In this document: piece after piece, positions 15,661 through 24,702 of the stretch
Numbering within the stretch: position 1 is the first letter of the stretch
Layout of the letters: the number at the start of each line of letters is the position of its first letter
From: an uncultured Candidatus Saccharibacteria bacterium
Lineage (GTDB): Bacteria > Patescibacteriota > Minisyncoccia > Minisyncoccales > JAGGXC01
Direction of reading: 5' to 3'
Assembly (NCBI GenBank): GCA_964470765.1
Contig: CAYYDV010000001.1
Span: forward strand, 1-52,600
Length of the DNA stretch: 52,600 nucleotides
Made by a program: the position numbers and the translations under genes
Notes under the pieces: model-generated
The model's database searches: none
What the model was told of the DNA's origin: nothing
Seen by the model: only the letters and a program-made list of their open reading frames with translations

Positions 15661-16731
15661 TTACCTAATCAAACTTTTTAGTTCAGTAGGAATTAAGGAA
15701 TAGCTCAAAGCGCTTTTAATAGAAATCTCTCCTTTTTTAACTAAATCAGCTAGATATCTATTTAAGGAAATCATTCCTTTTCCAGCTGAAGTTTCAATAA
15801 CCAAGGGTAGCTCATGGATTTTATTCTCTCTGATTAGGCTGGCTACAGCCGGAGTAGCAATCATTATTTCACAGGCTGGAATCAACCCTCCTTTTAGCCG
15901 GGGGATTAATCTTTGAGAAACTACTCCCAACAAAGAGCCAGAGAGCTGAGCCCTAACCTGACTCTGCTGATTAGGAGGAAAAGTGTCGACAATTCGATGA
16001 ATAGTCTGAGAAGCCGAATTGGTATGCAAGGTAGCAAAGACTAGATGACCAGTTTCGGCAGCAGTGATAGCCGTGGAAACGGTTTCGGGGTCTCTCATCT
16101 CTCCAACCATAATTACGTTTGGGTCTTGTCTAAAAGTAGCTCTCAAAGCTTGGGCAAAGCTTAAGGTATCCTGATAAACCTCCCGCTGGTCAATAATACA
16201 TTTATCATCCTCAAAAACATACTCAATCGGGTCTTCAATAGTGATTATATGGTCAGTTCGAGTATGATTTATTTCATCAATTAAAGCGGCTAAGGTAGTT
16301 GATTTTCCGTGACTACTGGGTCCGGTTATTAAGATAAAACCCTGGGCTGGCTGAGTAAATTGGCTTAAGACAAAAGGAAGATTTAATTCTTTGAGAGTAG
16401 GAATTTTACTCGGGACTAATCGTAAAGCAACACTAACTCCCCGGTTTTGAAAAAAGATATTAACCCTAAATCTAGCTTTATTTTCGAAATTGTAAGAAAA
16501 ATCAATGTCCTTCTTCTTCAAAAACCTTTCTTTCTGGGAAGCTGTCATTAAAGCAAAAGCCAGTCCTTGGGTATCATTCGAGGTTAACTTCTTCTCCTTA
16601 ACTAAGGGCGAAAGTTGACCAGCTATTCTCAATACTGGAGGATGACCAACAGAAATATGAAGGTCTGAAGCCTGACCTTTAATAGTTAAAGCCAGTAAAT
16701 CTTTAAGTAGCTCTTGATGACTTAATCTCAT
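15661..16731 (-). CDS. pilT: Twitching-motility retraction ATPase
   Basis: 356 aa. Walker A GPSSHGKSTT, then ITIEDPIEY, MVGEMRD and ATLHTNSA. Confidence 0.92.
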   Translation of the reverse strand: MRLSHQELLKDLLALTIKGQASDLHISVGHPPVLRIAGQLSPLVKEKKLTSNDTQGLAFALMTASQKERFLKKKDIDFSYNFENKARFRVNIFFQNRGVSVALRLVPSKIPTLKELNLPFVLSQFTQPAQGFILITGPSSHGKSTTLAALIDEINHTRTDHIITIEDPIEYVFEDDKCIIDQREVYQDTLSFAQALRATFRQDPNVIMVGEMRDPETVSTAITAAETGHLVFATLHTNSASQTIHRIVDTFPPNQQSQVRAQLSGSLLGVVSQRLIPRLKGGLIPACEIMIATPAVASLIRENKIHELPLVIETSAGKGMISLNRYLADLVKKGEISIKSALSYSLIPTELKSLIR

Positions 16732-16737
16732 ATAAAT

Positions 16738-17103
16738 TTATTTTAATATTTCTTTTATTTCCTCAACTATCTCGCTGGGCTTGTAATGAGCTTTAATCAA
16801 ATATTTAGTTGCTCCTAAATCCAATCCTTTTTTTACTTCTTGTTTTTGGCCCAAATTGGAAAGAATAATTATTAACAAATCTTTAAATTTTTCCTGTTTT
16901 CTAATTTTTCCCAGAATTTCCCAGCCATCAATATGAGGCAAAACTATATCTAAAACTAAAAGTTCATATTTCTTTTGATTCAAGAACTTCAAGGCCCTAT
17001 GACCGTCTTTAGCTACTTCAACCTCAAAACCAACTTCTTTTAATTTAGTTGTATAAATATCTATTAAGAAAGGGTCGTCTTCAACAAGAAGAATATTTTT
17101 CAT
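16738..17103 (-). CDS. Receiver-only response regulator (CheY/PilH-like)
   Basis: 121 aa. Has LLVEDDP, the phospho-acceptor context LLVLDIVLPHIDG and the conserved Lys region KYLIKA. Confidence 0.9.
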   Translation of the reverse strand: MKNILLVEDDPFLIDIYTTKLKEVGFEVEVAKDGHRALKFLNQKKYELLVLDIVLPHIDGWEILGKIRKQEKFKDLLIIILSNLGQKQEVKKGLDLGATKYLIKAHYKPSEIVEEIKEILK

Positions 17104-17123
17104 GGTTAAATAAAGATTTTAAA

Positions 17124-18851
17124 TTAAACCTCAGCGGCCACTCTTAAGACTTCTTCTATTGAAGTAACGCCAGCTAGAACTTTAAGAATCCCATCCTGTC
17201 TCATTTTAATCATTCCTTGACGATCAGCTTCTTCAGCAATCCGAACTTCGGAAGGTTCTTTCAGAATTACTTCGCCCAACTCATCGGTCATCTTTAGAAC
17301 CTCAACTACAGCTATTCTCCCTACATAACCTTTTCCTCTACATTTTTTACAACCCTCAGGTTTGAAAATAAAAAAGGGGGGCTTAATTTTAAACTTCTTT
17401 TTAACATTTTCTGGTAACGCCTCGATTTCTTTTAAAATCAATTTTTGGGTTTCTCCTTTTGCTTCTACTTTCTTTTTGCAATGGACGCAAAGTTTTCTAA
17501 CTAATCTCTGAGCTATAGCCAAACTCAGGGTAGGCGGAATTAAATAAGCCTGAATTCCTAAATCAACAAGTCTAGGAATAACTCCGATGGCATTGTTGGT
17601 ATGAATAGTTGAAAGAACAATATGGCCGGTTAAAGCAGCGTGGGTAGCTAAGGAAGCTGTTTCTGGGTCCCGAACCTCTCCAACCATAATAATATCAGGG
17701 TCTTGCCTAACAACAGTTCTTAGACCAGCCGCAAAATTATAGCCAATTTCCGGTCTAACCTGGGATTGATTAACTCCTCCAATATAATATTCTATCGGGT
17801 CTTCTAAGGTTATAATATTTACTTCTTCTTTATTCAAAATTCGCAAAACTGCATATAAAGTAGTGGTTTTTCCGCAGCCAGTAGGACCGGTAGCTAAAAT
17901 TAATCCATAAGGTTTAACAACTGCTTCATTTATGGCTTCCAAATTACGTTCTTGAAGTCCTAATTCTTCAAAAGTTTTCATTCCCTTCTCGGGATCCAAA
18001 ACTCGAATAGCAGCTTTTTCCCCAACACTAGTAGGAAAAGTAGAAACTCGGAAATCAATTATGCTATCTCCAACTTGAGTAGAAAACCTTCCATCCTGAG
18101 GAACTCTACTTTCATCAAGTTTTAACCTGGCAAGAATTTTAACCCTGGCTATAACTGCCGGATGAACTCTTAGAGGTAAGAAAATTGAAGAATGTAAAAC
18201 TCCATCTAACCTAAACCTCACTCTTAAATTTTCTCGGGTGGGCTCAATATGAACATCAGAAGCTCCACCGTCCACAGCATGCCTCATAAGAACAGCTACT
18301 ATTTTGGCAATAGGAGCTTCTTCTACTAATCTTTTTAACTCAGCCTCGGCTACTCCAACCTTGACCTCTTCTGGTTTCAGCTCAACTTCTAATTCCTCTA
18401 AGGCTCGGCCAACTTCTCTTCTCAAAGTTCTATATTTTTTCAATACTTCTCGGTGAAAACTAGGAGTAATTAAAAAAATCTTATAGGAAATTTTCTGTCT
18501 CCGAGCCAGGAATTTCAAGGCTTCTCGAGATTTCAAATCTTCCGGATAAATCATCCCCACTTCTAAAACCTTGTCTTTCTTAGCCAAAGGTAGCATTTTA
18601 TAGAACCTGGCTGAATCTTCAGGAATTAGTTTTAAAAGACTTACCGAGATTTCATCTAAGGAGGGTTCTTTCAGAGGTATCTTTAAACTTTCACTTTTTA
18701 AATTAAACAAAACCTTTTCTGGAACAATTTTTTTCTTCAAAATTACTTCCTCTTCTTTTTGGCCGGAAGTCTTAATTTCATATTCTAAAGAAGTAGCCTT
18801 TTCATTACCTAAAATTCCTTTTTTGGCTAACTGTTGAATTAAAGTAGGCAT
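17124..18851 (-). CDS. pilB: Type IV pilus assembly ATPase (GspE/PilB family)
   Basis: 575 aa. Walker A GPTGCGKTTT, then IMVGEVRD and STIHTNNA. Tetra-Cys CVHC...CKKC. Confidence 0.95.
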   Translation of the reverse strand: MPTLIQQLAKKGILGNEKATSLEYEIKTSGQKEEEVILKKKIVPEKVLFNLKSESLKIPLKEPSLDEISVSLLKLIPEDSARFYKMLPLAKKDKVLEVGMIYPEDLKSREALKFLARRQKISYKIFLITPSFHREVLKKYRTLRREVGRALEELEVELKPEEVKVGVAEAELKRLVEEAPIAKIVAVLMRHAVDGGASDVHIEPTRENLRVRFRLDGVLHSSIFLPLRVHPAVIARVKILARLKLDESRVPQDGRFSTQVGDSIIDFRVSTFPTSVGEKAAIRVLDPEKGMKTFEELGLQERNLEAINEAVVKPYGLILATGPTGCGKTTTLYAVLRILNKEEVNIITLEDPIEYYIGGVNQSQVRPEIGYNFAAGLRTVVRQDPDIIMVGEVRDPETASLATHAALTGHIVLSTIHTNNAIGVIPRLVDLGIQAYLIPPTLSLAIAQRLVRKLCVHCKKKVEAKGETQKLILKEIEALPENVKKKFKIKPPFFIFKPEGCKKCRGKGYVGRIAVVEVLKMTDELGEVILKEPSEVRIAEEADRQGMIKMRQDGILKVLAGVTSIEEVLRVAAEV

Positions 18852-18865
18852 AGATTAGTAAAAGC

Positions 18866-19174
18866 TCATTCCCCAGAGATCATTCCTTCATAAGGAAGAA
18901 AAGGGTTCTCCCGGCCGACTTTCCCTATAGGAAGGGCTAAAGGTAAATCAGGAAAGGGCTCAGATAGTTTCTGAAGAATAGGATTTTCTAGAACCTGGAA
19001 ATCAATCTTTATTGGAGAAAGATGTTTAGAAACAATGGGTTCACTAATGAAAATCTCTTTCCCCTCTTGGAAATAATCAGAGAAAAAAACAAAAGCAATG
19101 ATTAAAATCAATGCTCCAAAAATTAAGATTAAATACTTTTGAGTCTTTTTTTGTTGAACAAAAGTGATTGCCAT
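18866..19174 (-). CDS. Small membrane protein, PilP-like
   Basis: One N-terminal TM and a C-terminal GRENPFLP motif. Position follows the pilO-like gene. Confidence 0.45.
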   Translation of the reverse strand: MAITFVQQKKTQKYLILIFGALILIIAFVFFSDYFQEGKEIFISEPIVSKHLSPIKIDFQVLENPILQKLSEPFPDLPLALPIGKVGRENPFLPYEGMISGE

Positions 19175-19185
19175 ATGTTTCTTTT

Positions 19186-19698
19186 TTAATAAGAATAGGT
19201 TTTTAAATTTAGACTGGCCGAAAAGGGTTCGTCTTCTTGGCTAGAACCAAGACTTACACTCTCTATACTGAAAAACCGAACTGAGTCTTGTAAGTAATTA
19301 AGAAAATTTATGAAAGAGGAATAGCTACCGGAAACACTTAAAGAAATAGGGATTTCTTGGATTCTTGACTCCTCAGAAGGATTAGAAGTATAACTCATTT
19401 CTTGACAAAGCAAGCCTTGGCGAGAACATATCTCGGGAAAGAAATTATAGAATTGGAGTAAATAGACTTTCTTAGGAAGAGCCGAATCAAGAATAGAAAG
19501 CTGATCCTGATACTGCTCCATTTTTTCAGAAAGGCTTCTTAACCCAGCATAATACTCTTCTCCTTCTTGGATACTAACTTTAATTTCTCCAATCTCTAAC
19601 TCCATGCTTGATATTTCCTGATAAGCCGGAAAAACCAAAAAATACCCTATGGACCCAGTGATTAAAAAGAAGATAATGATGAAATAGAAACGAGACAT
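19186..19698 (-). CDS. PilO-like pilus assembly protein
   Basis: 170 aa with an N-terminal TM followed by a coiled-coil. Called by position in the pilM-N-O order. Confidence 0.55.
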   Translation of the reverse strand: MSRFYFIIIFFLITGSIGYFLVFPAYQEISSMELEIGEIKVSIQEGEEYYAGLRSLSEKMEQYQDQLSILDSALPKKVYLLQFYNFFPEICSRQGLLCQEMSYTSNPSEESRIQEIPISLSVSGSYSSFINFLNYLQDSVRFFSIESVSLGSSQEDEPFSASLNLKTYSY

Positions 19699-19700
19699 AT

Positions 19701-19750
19701 TAGAATACGCTTCGCGTTCAAGGTTCTTGAGCGAAGCGAAAGGTTCTTAT
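19701..19750 (-). repeat. AGAACC-rich dispersed intergenic repeat, locus 3 (reverse orientation)
   Basis: The reverse complement reads aaatAAGAACCtttcgcttcgctcAAGAACCttgaacgcgaagcgtattcta. Confidence 0.7.
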
Positions 19751-20274
19751 TTAAATAATTCGGGAGCTAAAGAAAAGACTACGCTAAAAGCAACTTCTTC
19801 TTCATCTCCCACAGAGAAACTAGATAATTCAAAATCACCAATCTTAGACTCCCCTTCAAAAATATAAATTTGTTGAATTAAAGTTGTAACACTATCAGCC
19901 TGACCAGAAAGTGATACTGTTTCTTCTAGAAGATCTAACTCTAGGCTAGACCACATAACTTTAGGATGGGTAATAGTTCCTATAAATTCAAAGAATTTTG
20001 TTGGTTCCCGGTAAGAATCAAGTAAAAAAGAAAGGTCTCCAATTTCTTCCTCATGCTTCATAAGATCCCTTTTTAAGTTCCTTAGCTCAACTGTTTCTTG
20101 AACAGCTAAACGAGTTCTTAAATCTTCTAACCCCTGGTCTTTTTTATCTTTAACAGAATACAAACCAAAATAAGCAGCTATGGTTAAGATTAAAAGAATC
20201 AAAGAAAAATAGAATAAAAAGGTAGTGATTTTCTTGGGTTTAGCTTTAGGTCTGGGAACAATTTCAACTACCAT
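19747..20274 (-). CDS. PilN-like pilus assembly protein
   Basis: 175 aa with a single TM after a basic N-terminus. Lies immediately downstream of pilM. Confidence 0.55.
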   Translation of the reverse strand: MVVEIVPRPKAKPKKITTFLFYFSLILLILTIAAYFGLYSVKDKKDQGLEDLRTRLAVQETVELRNLKRDLMKHEEEIGDLSFLLDSYREPTKFFEFIGTITHPKVMWSSLELDLLEETVSLSGQADSVTTLIQQIYIFEGESKIGDFELSSFSVGDEEEVAFSVVFSLAPELFK

Positions 20275-20275
20275 A

Positions 20276-21334
20276 TTACATCAGACCTCTTAAGGCGGCT
20301 CCGACAGCGACCGAAAAAGAAGGTCCGGTTTTCTTTAATTTTTTTTCTAAAATCGGCGGGTAGCTAAAGCCAAAAAATGGATTAGCTAACACTGTTTCTT
20401 TTTTAAAGTAAGAAGAGAGATATTGATTTAATCCTGGAAGGAAAGATGATCCGCCAGCCATTATTATTTTTTTAACTATCTTCCCTTGAGCTTCAAAATC
20501 TTTTAAAATTCTCTCTATTTCTATTATAATCAAATTGATTAAGGGAAGCAAGGTATCTTTAATTTCTTCGGATTTTAGACCTTGCTCTCTTTTCAAGGTT
20601 TCAGCTTTTTCAGAATCAATGGATAAAGATTTAACTAGGGCATGGGTTAGGTCATTTCCCGAAACATCGGAACTATAACTCAACTTTAAAATTCCTTCAT
20701 CAACGATATTAATAATCGTGCTTTGAGCCCCAATATCTAAAAGACAAACTAGTTCTTTTTTGTCTTTAACCAAAGCTCGAGCTAAACTAAAAGCTTCGGC
20801 CTCTAAATATTTGAGCTCAAGGCGAGAAGCTTTAGCAATAGCTTGATATCTCTCAACGACTTCCTTGGGAACAGCAACTAAGAGCATGTCAAGCTTCGTC
20901 CCTCTTTTACCAGTTTTACCTCCGGTTAAAAACCAGTCAAGGATAACATCCGATACGGGAACCGGGATGTGGCGACGAGCTTCAAAATTGACTGCCTCGG
21001 GAATTTCTTCTTCGGACATTGGTGGTAATTCAAAGGTAGTAAAAAAAGTAGAAAAATCAGGAATAGCAAAAGTAGCCTCTTTGGTCTTAATCCCAGCTTC
21101 TTTTAGAATCGCCCTAATAACCTTAGAAACATCGGGAGAAGAAAGCATGAAATTTCCTTCTTCCCCAAAAGTCTGGTAGGGTTTCTGATAAAGGGAAGAG
21201 GCGGCAACCCGCCCATAGTTCTTCAATTCTATCTTTCCTCCCCAACGTGAAATCTCAACCATTTTTATCATAGTTACCCCGATGTCTATTCCTAAAAAAT
21301 TTTTTCGGATTACTTTAAACCGTTCGAGAATCAT
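20276..21334 (-). CDS. pilM: Type IV pilus assembly protein PilM (actin-like ATPase fold)
   Basis: 352 aa. Contains FLGIDIG, LLDIGAQST and IIMAGGSSFLPGL. Confidence 0.85.
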   Translation of the reverse strand: MILERFKVIRKNFLGIDIGVTMIKMVEISRWGGKIELKNYGRVAASSLYQKPYQTFGEEGNFMLSSPDVSKVIRAILKEAGIKTKEATFAIPDFSTFFTTFELPPMSEEEIPEAVNFEARRHIPVPVSDVILDWFLTGGKTGKRGTKLDMLLVAVPKEVVERYQAIAKASRLELKYLEAEAFSLARALVKDKKELVCLLDIGAQSTIINIVDEGILKLSYSSDVSGNDLTHALVKSLSIDSEKAETLKREQGLKSEEIKDTLLPLINLIIIEIERILKDFEAQGKIVKKIIMAGGSSFLPGLNQYLSSYFKKETVLANPFFGFSYPPILEKKLKKTGPSFSVAVGAALRGLM

Positions 21335-21362
21335 TAAACTTATTATACTATTTTAATTAAGA

Positions 21363-22082
21363 ATGAAAAATTTTAATCAAATAAAAAATTTTTTATTAAA
21401 TGTTCTCTTCCCTAAATTTTGTTTAGGCTGTGGCCAAGAAGGAACCTATTTCTGTGAAGATTGCCAGGCTTGTCTGGAAATTTCCGAAGAGAACTTCTGT
21501 CTCTGCGAAAATCCTAAAAGGCTGATTGAAGCTGGGAAATGTAGAAATTGCCAACCTAAGAAACTCGATAGTTTATATTTTGCCGGAGCTTATCAGAATA
21601 AACTGATTAAAAAATTAATTCATCAATTTAAATACGAGCCTTTTATAAAAGAATTAGCCGAACCTCTGACTGATTTAATTATAACCCATTTTCTTTTATT
21701 AAAGAAGAGTGAAGAAGTTTGGAAAGGAAAAATTTTAATTCCTATTCCTTTATTTAAGAGAAAACTTAAAAGAAGAGGTTTCAACCAAGCCGAGGAAATA
21801 ACCAAAAACTTAGCTAAAATTTTAGAAATTCCTTCCTCTAATTGTTTGGTCAAAATAAAAGAAACTCCTTCTCAGACCGAACTTTCTGGAAGAGAAAGAG
21901 AAAAAAATATAAAGGGTGCCTTTTCAGTAAAAAATAAAGAATTGATTAAAAATAGAAAGATTATTTTAGTTGATGATATTTATACTACCGGAGCGACGAT
22001 GAATGAGGCGGCTAAAATCCTAAAAGAAGCCGGGGCCAAAGAAGTCCAAGGAGTAGTGGTAGCCCGAGGTTTAATTGACTAA
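21363..22082 (+). CDS. comFC: ComF-family phosphoribosyltransferase-like competence protein
   Basis: N-terminal Cys cluster CLGCGQ...CEDCQ and PRT motif IILVDDIYTTGATM. Confidence 0.85.
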   Translation: MKNFNQIKNFLLNVLFPKFCLGCGQEGTYFCEDCQACLEISEENFCLCENPKRLIEAGKCRNCQPKKLDSLYFAGAYQNKLIKKLIHQFKYEPFIKELAEPLTDLIITHFLLLKKSEEVWKGKILIPIPLFKRKLKRRGFNQAEEITKNLAKILEIPSSNCLVKIKETPSQTELSGREREKNIKGAFSVKNKELIKNRKIILVDDIYTTGATMNEAAKILKEAGAKEVQGVVVARGLID

Positions 22083-22120
22083 AGAAGGAAAAGTTGATAT
22101 CCTAATAATTGAACCATTCA

Positions 22121-22208
22121 GGAGGAGTCGGATAATGGCTATTCCAATGGATTGCTAATCCATCTCGGTGTAAAAAGCCGATTGTGGGTTCGAGTCCCAC
22201 CTCCTCCG
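22121..22208 (+). tRNA. tRNA-Ser (anticodon GCU)
   Basis: Acceptor ggaggag/ctcctcc. Anticodon arm atgga-ttGCTaa-tccat. Long variable arm. T-loop ttcgagt. Confidence 0.9.
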
Positions 22209-22255
22209 CCTTCGCCCGCCATAGCGGGCTTCGGCGGACACGGTCCGCCAACACA

Positions 22256-22285
22256 AAAATCGCCTTTGTCTGGGCGATTTTTGTT
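22256..22285 (+). terminator. Intrinsic terminator after tRNA-Ser(GCU)
   Basis: AAAATCGCC-tttgtctg-GGCGATTTT, with a T-run. Confidence 0.7.
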
Positions 22286-22333
22286 GCACGCCAGGTTAAA
22301 ATATGATAATCTACAGAAGAATTAAACCTAAAA

Positions 22334-22418
22334 GGTGGGTTGCGCCGAATGGTAAGGCACTAGTCTTGAAAACTAGCGCCCCGCAAGGGGCTTGCAGGTT
22401 CGAGTCCTGCACCCACCG
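22334..22418 (+). tRNA. tRNA-Ser (anticodon UGA)
   Basis: Acceptor ggtgggt/acccacc. Anticodon arm ctagt-ctTGAaa-actag. Long variable arm. There is one extra nucleotide (tgc instead of two) between the acceptor and D stems. Confidence 0.75.
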
Positions 22419-22420
22419 CT

Positions 22421-22492
22421 GCCCTTGTAGTTCAATGGATAGAACAGAGGCCCGCGGAGCCTCAAATAGAGGTTCAAATCCTCTCGAGGGCA
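22421..22492 (+). tRNA. tRNA-Arg (anticodon GCG, with C at position 33)
   Basis: Acceptor gcccttg/cgagggc. D-loop aatggata. Anticodon arm gaggc-ccGCGga-gcctc. T-arm agagg-ttcaaat-cctct. Confidence 0.7.
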
Positions 22493-22498
22493 CAAGCC

Positions 22499-22522
22499 AA
22501 ACCCGTTAACTCGGGTTTTATT
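22499..22522 (+). terminator. Intrinsic terminator after the tRNA-Ser/Arg pair
   Basis: AACCCG-ttaact-CGGGTT followed by TTATT. Confidence 0.65.
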
Positions 22523-22555
22523 GATTATTAATCTAGATAATCTAATATAGAAATA

Positions 22556-24697
22556 ATGAACTTAACTACTTCTCTTAAAGAAATCCCTCGGATTGGACTA
22601 ATTTACCAACAGAAGTTAAGAAGATTAGGAATTAAAAATCTCCGAGATCTTCTTTTCCATTTCCCCTACCGCTATGACGATTTCTCTAAAATATCCTCTA
22701 TCTCCAAAGTAAAGATTGGAGAAACTTGTTGTGTCCAGGGAAAAATCCTAAAAATCAAAATCAACCGAACTTGGAAAAAGAGAATGTTTCTAACTACAGC
22801 TATTGTTGAAGATAAAACAGGAGCTATAAAAGTAGTTTGGTTCAATCAACCTTACTTAATAAACACTTTCAAAGAAGGAGATAAAGTTTGCCTAGCCGGT
22901 AAAGTAGTTCCCGGAGACGATGGCATGTATTTAACTAATCCTACTTATGAAAAATTATCTTCAACTGATAACTTAACTCATACTGGTCGTTTAGTTCCAG
23001 TTTATCCTGAAACCCAAGGTTTATCTTCAAGATGGCTAAGATTCATCTTAAGACCCTTATTAATCAAGATAAAAGGTGAGCTTGAAGATCCAATCCCAGA
23101 AGATATAAGGAACGAGCATAAACTTTTACCAATAAATAAAGCTTTATGGCAAATTCATTTTCCTGATTCCCTAGCTTTAGCTAAAAAAGCTCAAAATAGA
23201 TTCTCTTTTGAAGAGCTCTTTTTCATTCAACTCTCGGTTTTAAAAGAAAGGATAAAAATAGCTAACCAAAAAGGAGTAGCTATTCCTTTAAATATTGAAT
23301 TAATGAAAAAATTCGTTAATTCCTTACCTTTCAAATTAACTGATGCTCAAAAGAAATCTAGCTGGCAAATTCTCAAAGATTTAGAAAAACCCAGACCAAT
23401 GAATAGATTGTTGGAGGGAGACGTTGGCTCGGGTAAAACTGTTGTTGCCGCTATGGCGGCTCTAAACACGGCTAAAGCTGGCTTCCAGGTTGCTTTTATG
23501 GCTCCAACTGAAATCTTAGCTAAACAACATTTTATAGAAATAACCAAGCTTTTAGGAGATTTCAAATTAAACATTGGCCTTTTAACCGGAAAAACAGATA
23601 GGTTTGTTTCTAAAAAGTTAAAAGATTCTATTGAAATTTCCAGGAATAAACTCTTAGAAAAAACCATTAAAGGAGATATTGATATTCTAATTGGAACTCA
23701 TGCTTTAATCCAAGATAAAGTAAAATTCAAAAACTTAGCTTTGGTAGCTCTAGATGAACAACATCGTTTTGGGGTAGAACAAAGAGCAAAACTCCTAGCT
23801 AATCAGAAACAGAAAGCTATCCCCCATCTTCTCTCAATGACCGCTACCCCTATTCCAAGAACCCTGGCTCTAACTATTTATGGTGATTTAGATTTATCTT
23901 TAATTGATGAAATGCCCAAAGGCAGGAAGAAGATAGTTACCAAGGTAATTAGCCCAGCTAACAGAGATAAAGCTTATCAATTTATTAAAAAGCAAGTCAA
24001 AGATGGAAGGCAGGTTTTTGTTATCTGTCCAAGAATTGAACCCCAGAAAGAAGAAACAAAAACCACCAAATCAACAATCAAAAAGAAAAGAGCTCTTTTA
24101 AGTTGGGCTGATGTTAAAGCAGTTAAAGAAGAATATGAAAAATTAGCTAAGGAAATCTTTCCTGATTTAAAGGTAGGATTACTCCATGGAAAAATGAGCT
24201 CCAAAGAAAAAGAAAAAGCAATGCTGGATTTTAAAAAGAAAAAGATAGATATTCTAACTTCTACTTCAGTTGTAGAAGTGGGAGTAGATGTTCCTGAAGC
24301 AACAGTAATGATGATTGAAGGAGCAGAAAGATTTGGTCTAGCCCAACTCCATCAATTCCGAGGAAGGGTAGGAAGATCTAAACACCAATCTTTTTGTTTT
24401 CTTTTTACTGATTCCCCAGCCAGAAGAACTCATCAAAGATTAAAAGCTTTAATAGATTCTGATAATGGTTTTGTTTTATCAGAAAAGGATTTAGAAATTA
24501 GAGGCCCAGGCAATCTTTTAGGAACCAGACAATGGGGAATTCCTGATTTAGCTATGTCTGCTTTAAAAGATATCTTCCTAGTTGAGAAAACTAGGAAAAC
24601 AGCTAAGGAAATTCTAGATAATGACCCTGATTTAAAAAAATATCCCCTTCTTAGAAAAAAGTTGGGGGAATTTCAGCAAAGAATCCATTTTGAATAA
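22556..24697 (+). CDS. recG: ATP-dependent DNA helicase RecG
   Basis: 713 aa. N-terminal OB wedge, then helicase motifs DVGSGKT and DEQHRFG, and RGRVGR. Confidence 0.95.
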   Translation: MNLTTSLKEIPRIGLIYQQKLRRLGIKNLRDLLFHFPYRYDDFSKISSISKVKIGETCCVQGKILKIKINRTWKKRMFLTTAIVEDKTGAIKVVWFNQPYLINTFKEGDKVCLAGKVVPGDDGMYLTNPTYEKLSSTDNLTHTGRLVPVYPETQGLSSRWLRFILRPLLIKIKGELEDPIPEDIRNEHKLLPINKALWQIHFPDSLALAKKAQNRFSFEELFFIQLSVLKERIKIANQKGVAIPLNIELMKKFVNSLPFKLTDAQKKSSWQILKDLEKPRPMNRLLEGDVGSGKTVVAAMAALNTAKAGFQVAFMAPTEILAKQHFIEITKLLGDFKLNIGLLTGKTDRFVSKKLKDSIEISRNKLLEKTIKGDIDILIGTHALIQDKVKFKNLALVALDEQHRFGVEQRAKLLANQKQKAIPHLLSMTATPIPRTLALTIYGDLDLSLIDEMPKGRKKIVTKVISPANRDKAYQFIKKQVKDGRQVFVICPRIEPQKEETKTTKSTIKKKRALLSWADVKAVKEEYEKLAKEIFPDLKVGLLHGKMSSKEKEKAMLDFKKKKIDILTSTSVVEVGVDVPEATVMMIEGAERFGLAQLHQFRGRVGRSKHQSFCFLFTDSPARRTHQRLKALIDSDNGFVLSEKDLEIRGPGNLLGTRQWGIPDLAMSALKDIFLVEKTRKTAKEILDNDPDLKKYPLLRKKLGEFQQRIHFE

Positions 24698-24702
24698 TCA
24701 CT

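Noticed and set aside
22303-22509. ORFs overlapping the tRNA clusters (22303-22509, 22311-22493, 40939-41480, 43651-43848, 45500-45766, 48122-48319, 48495-48728)
   Set aside because: They are explained by GC-rich, stop-poor tRNA sequence or by the antisense strand of real genes. Their products are low-complexity.
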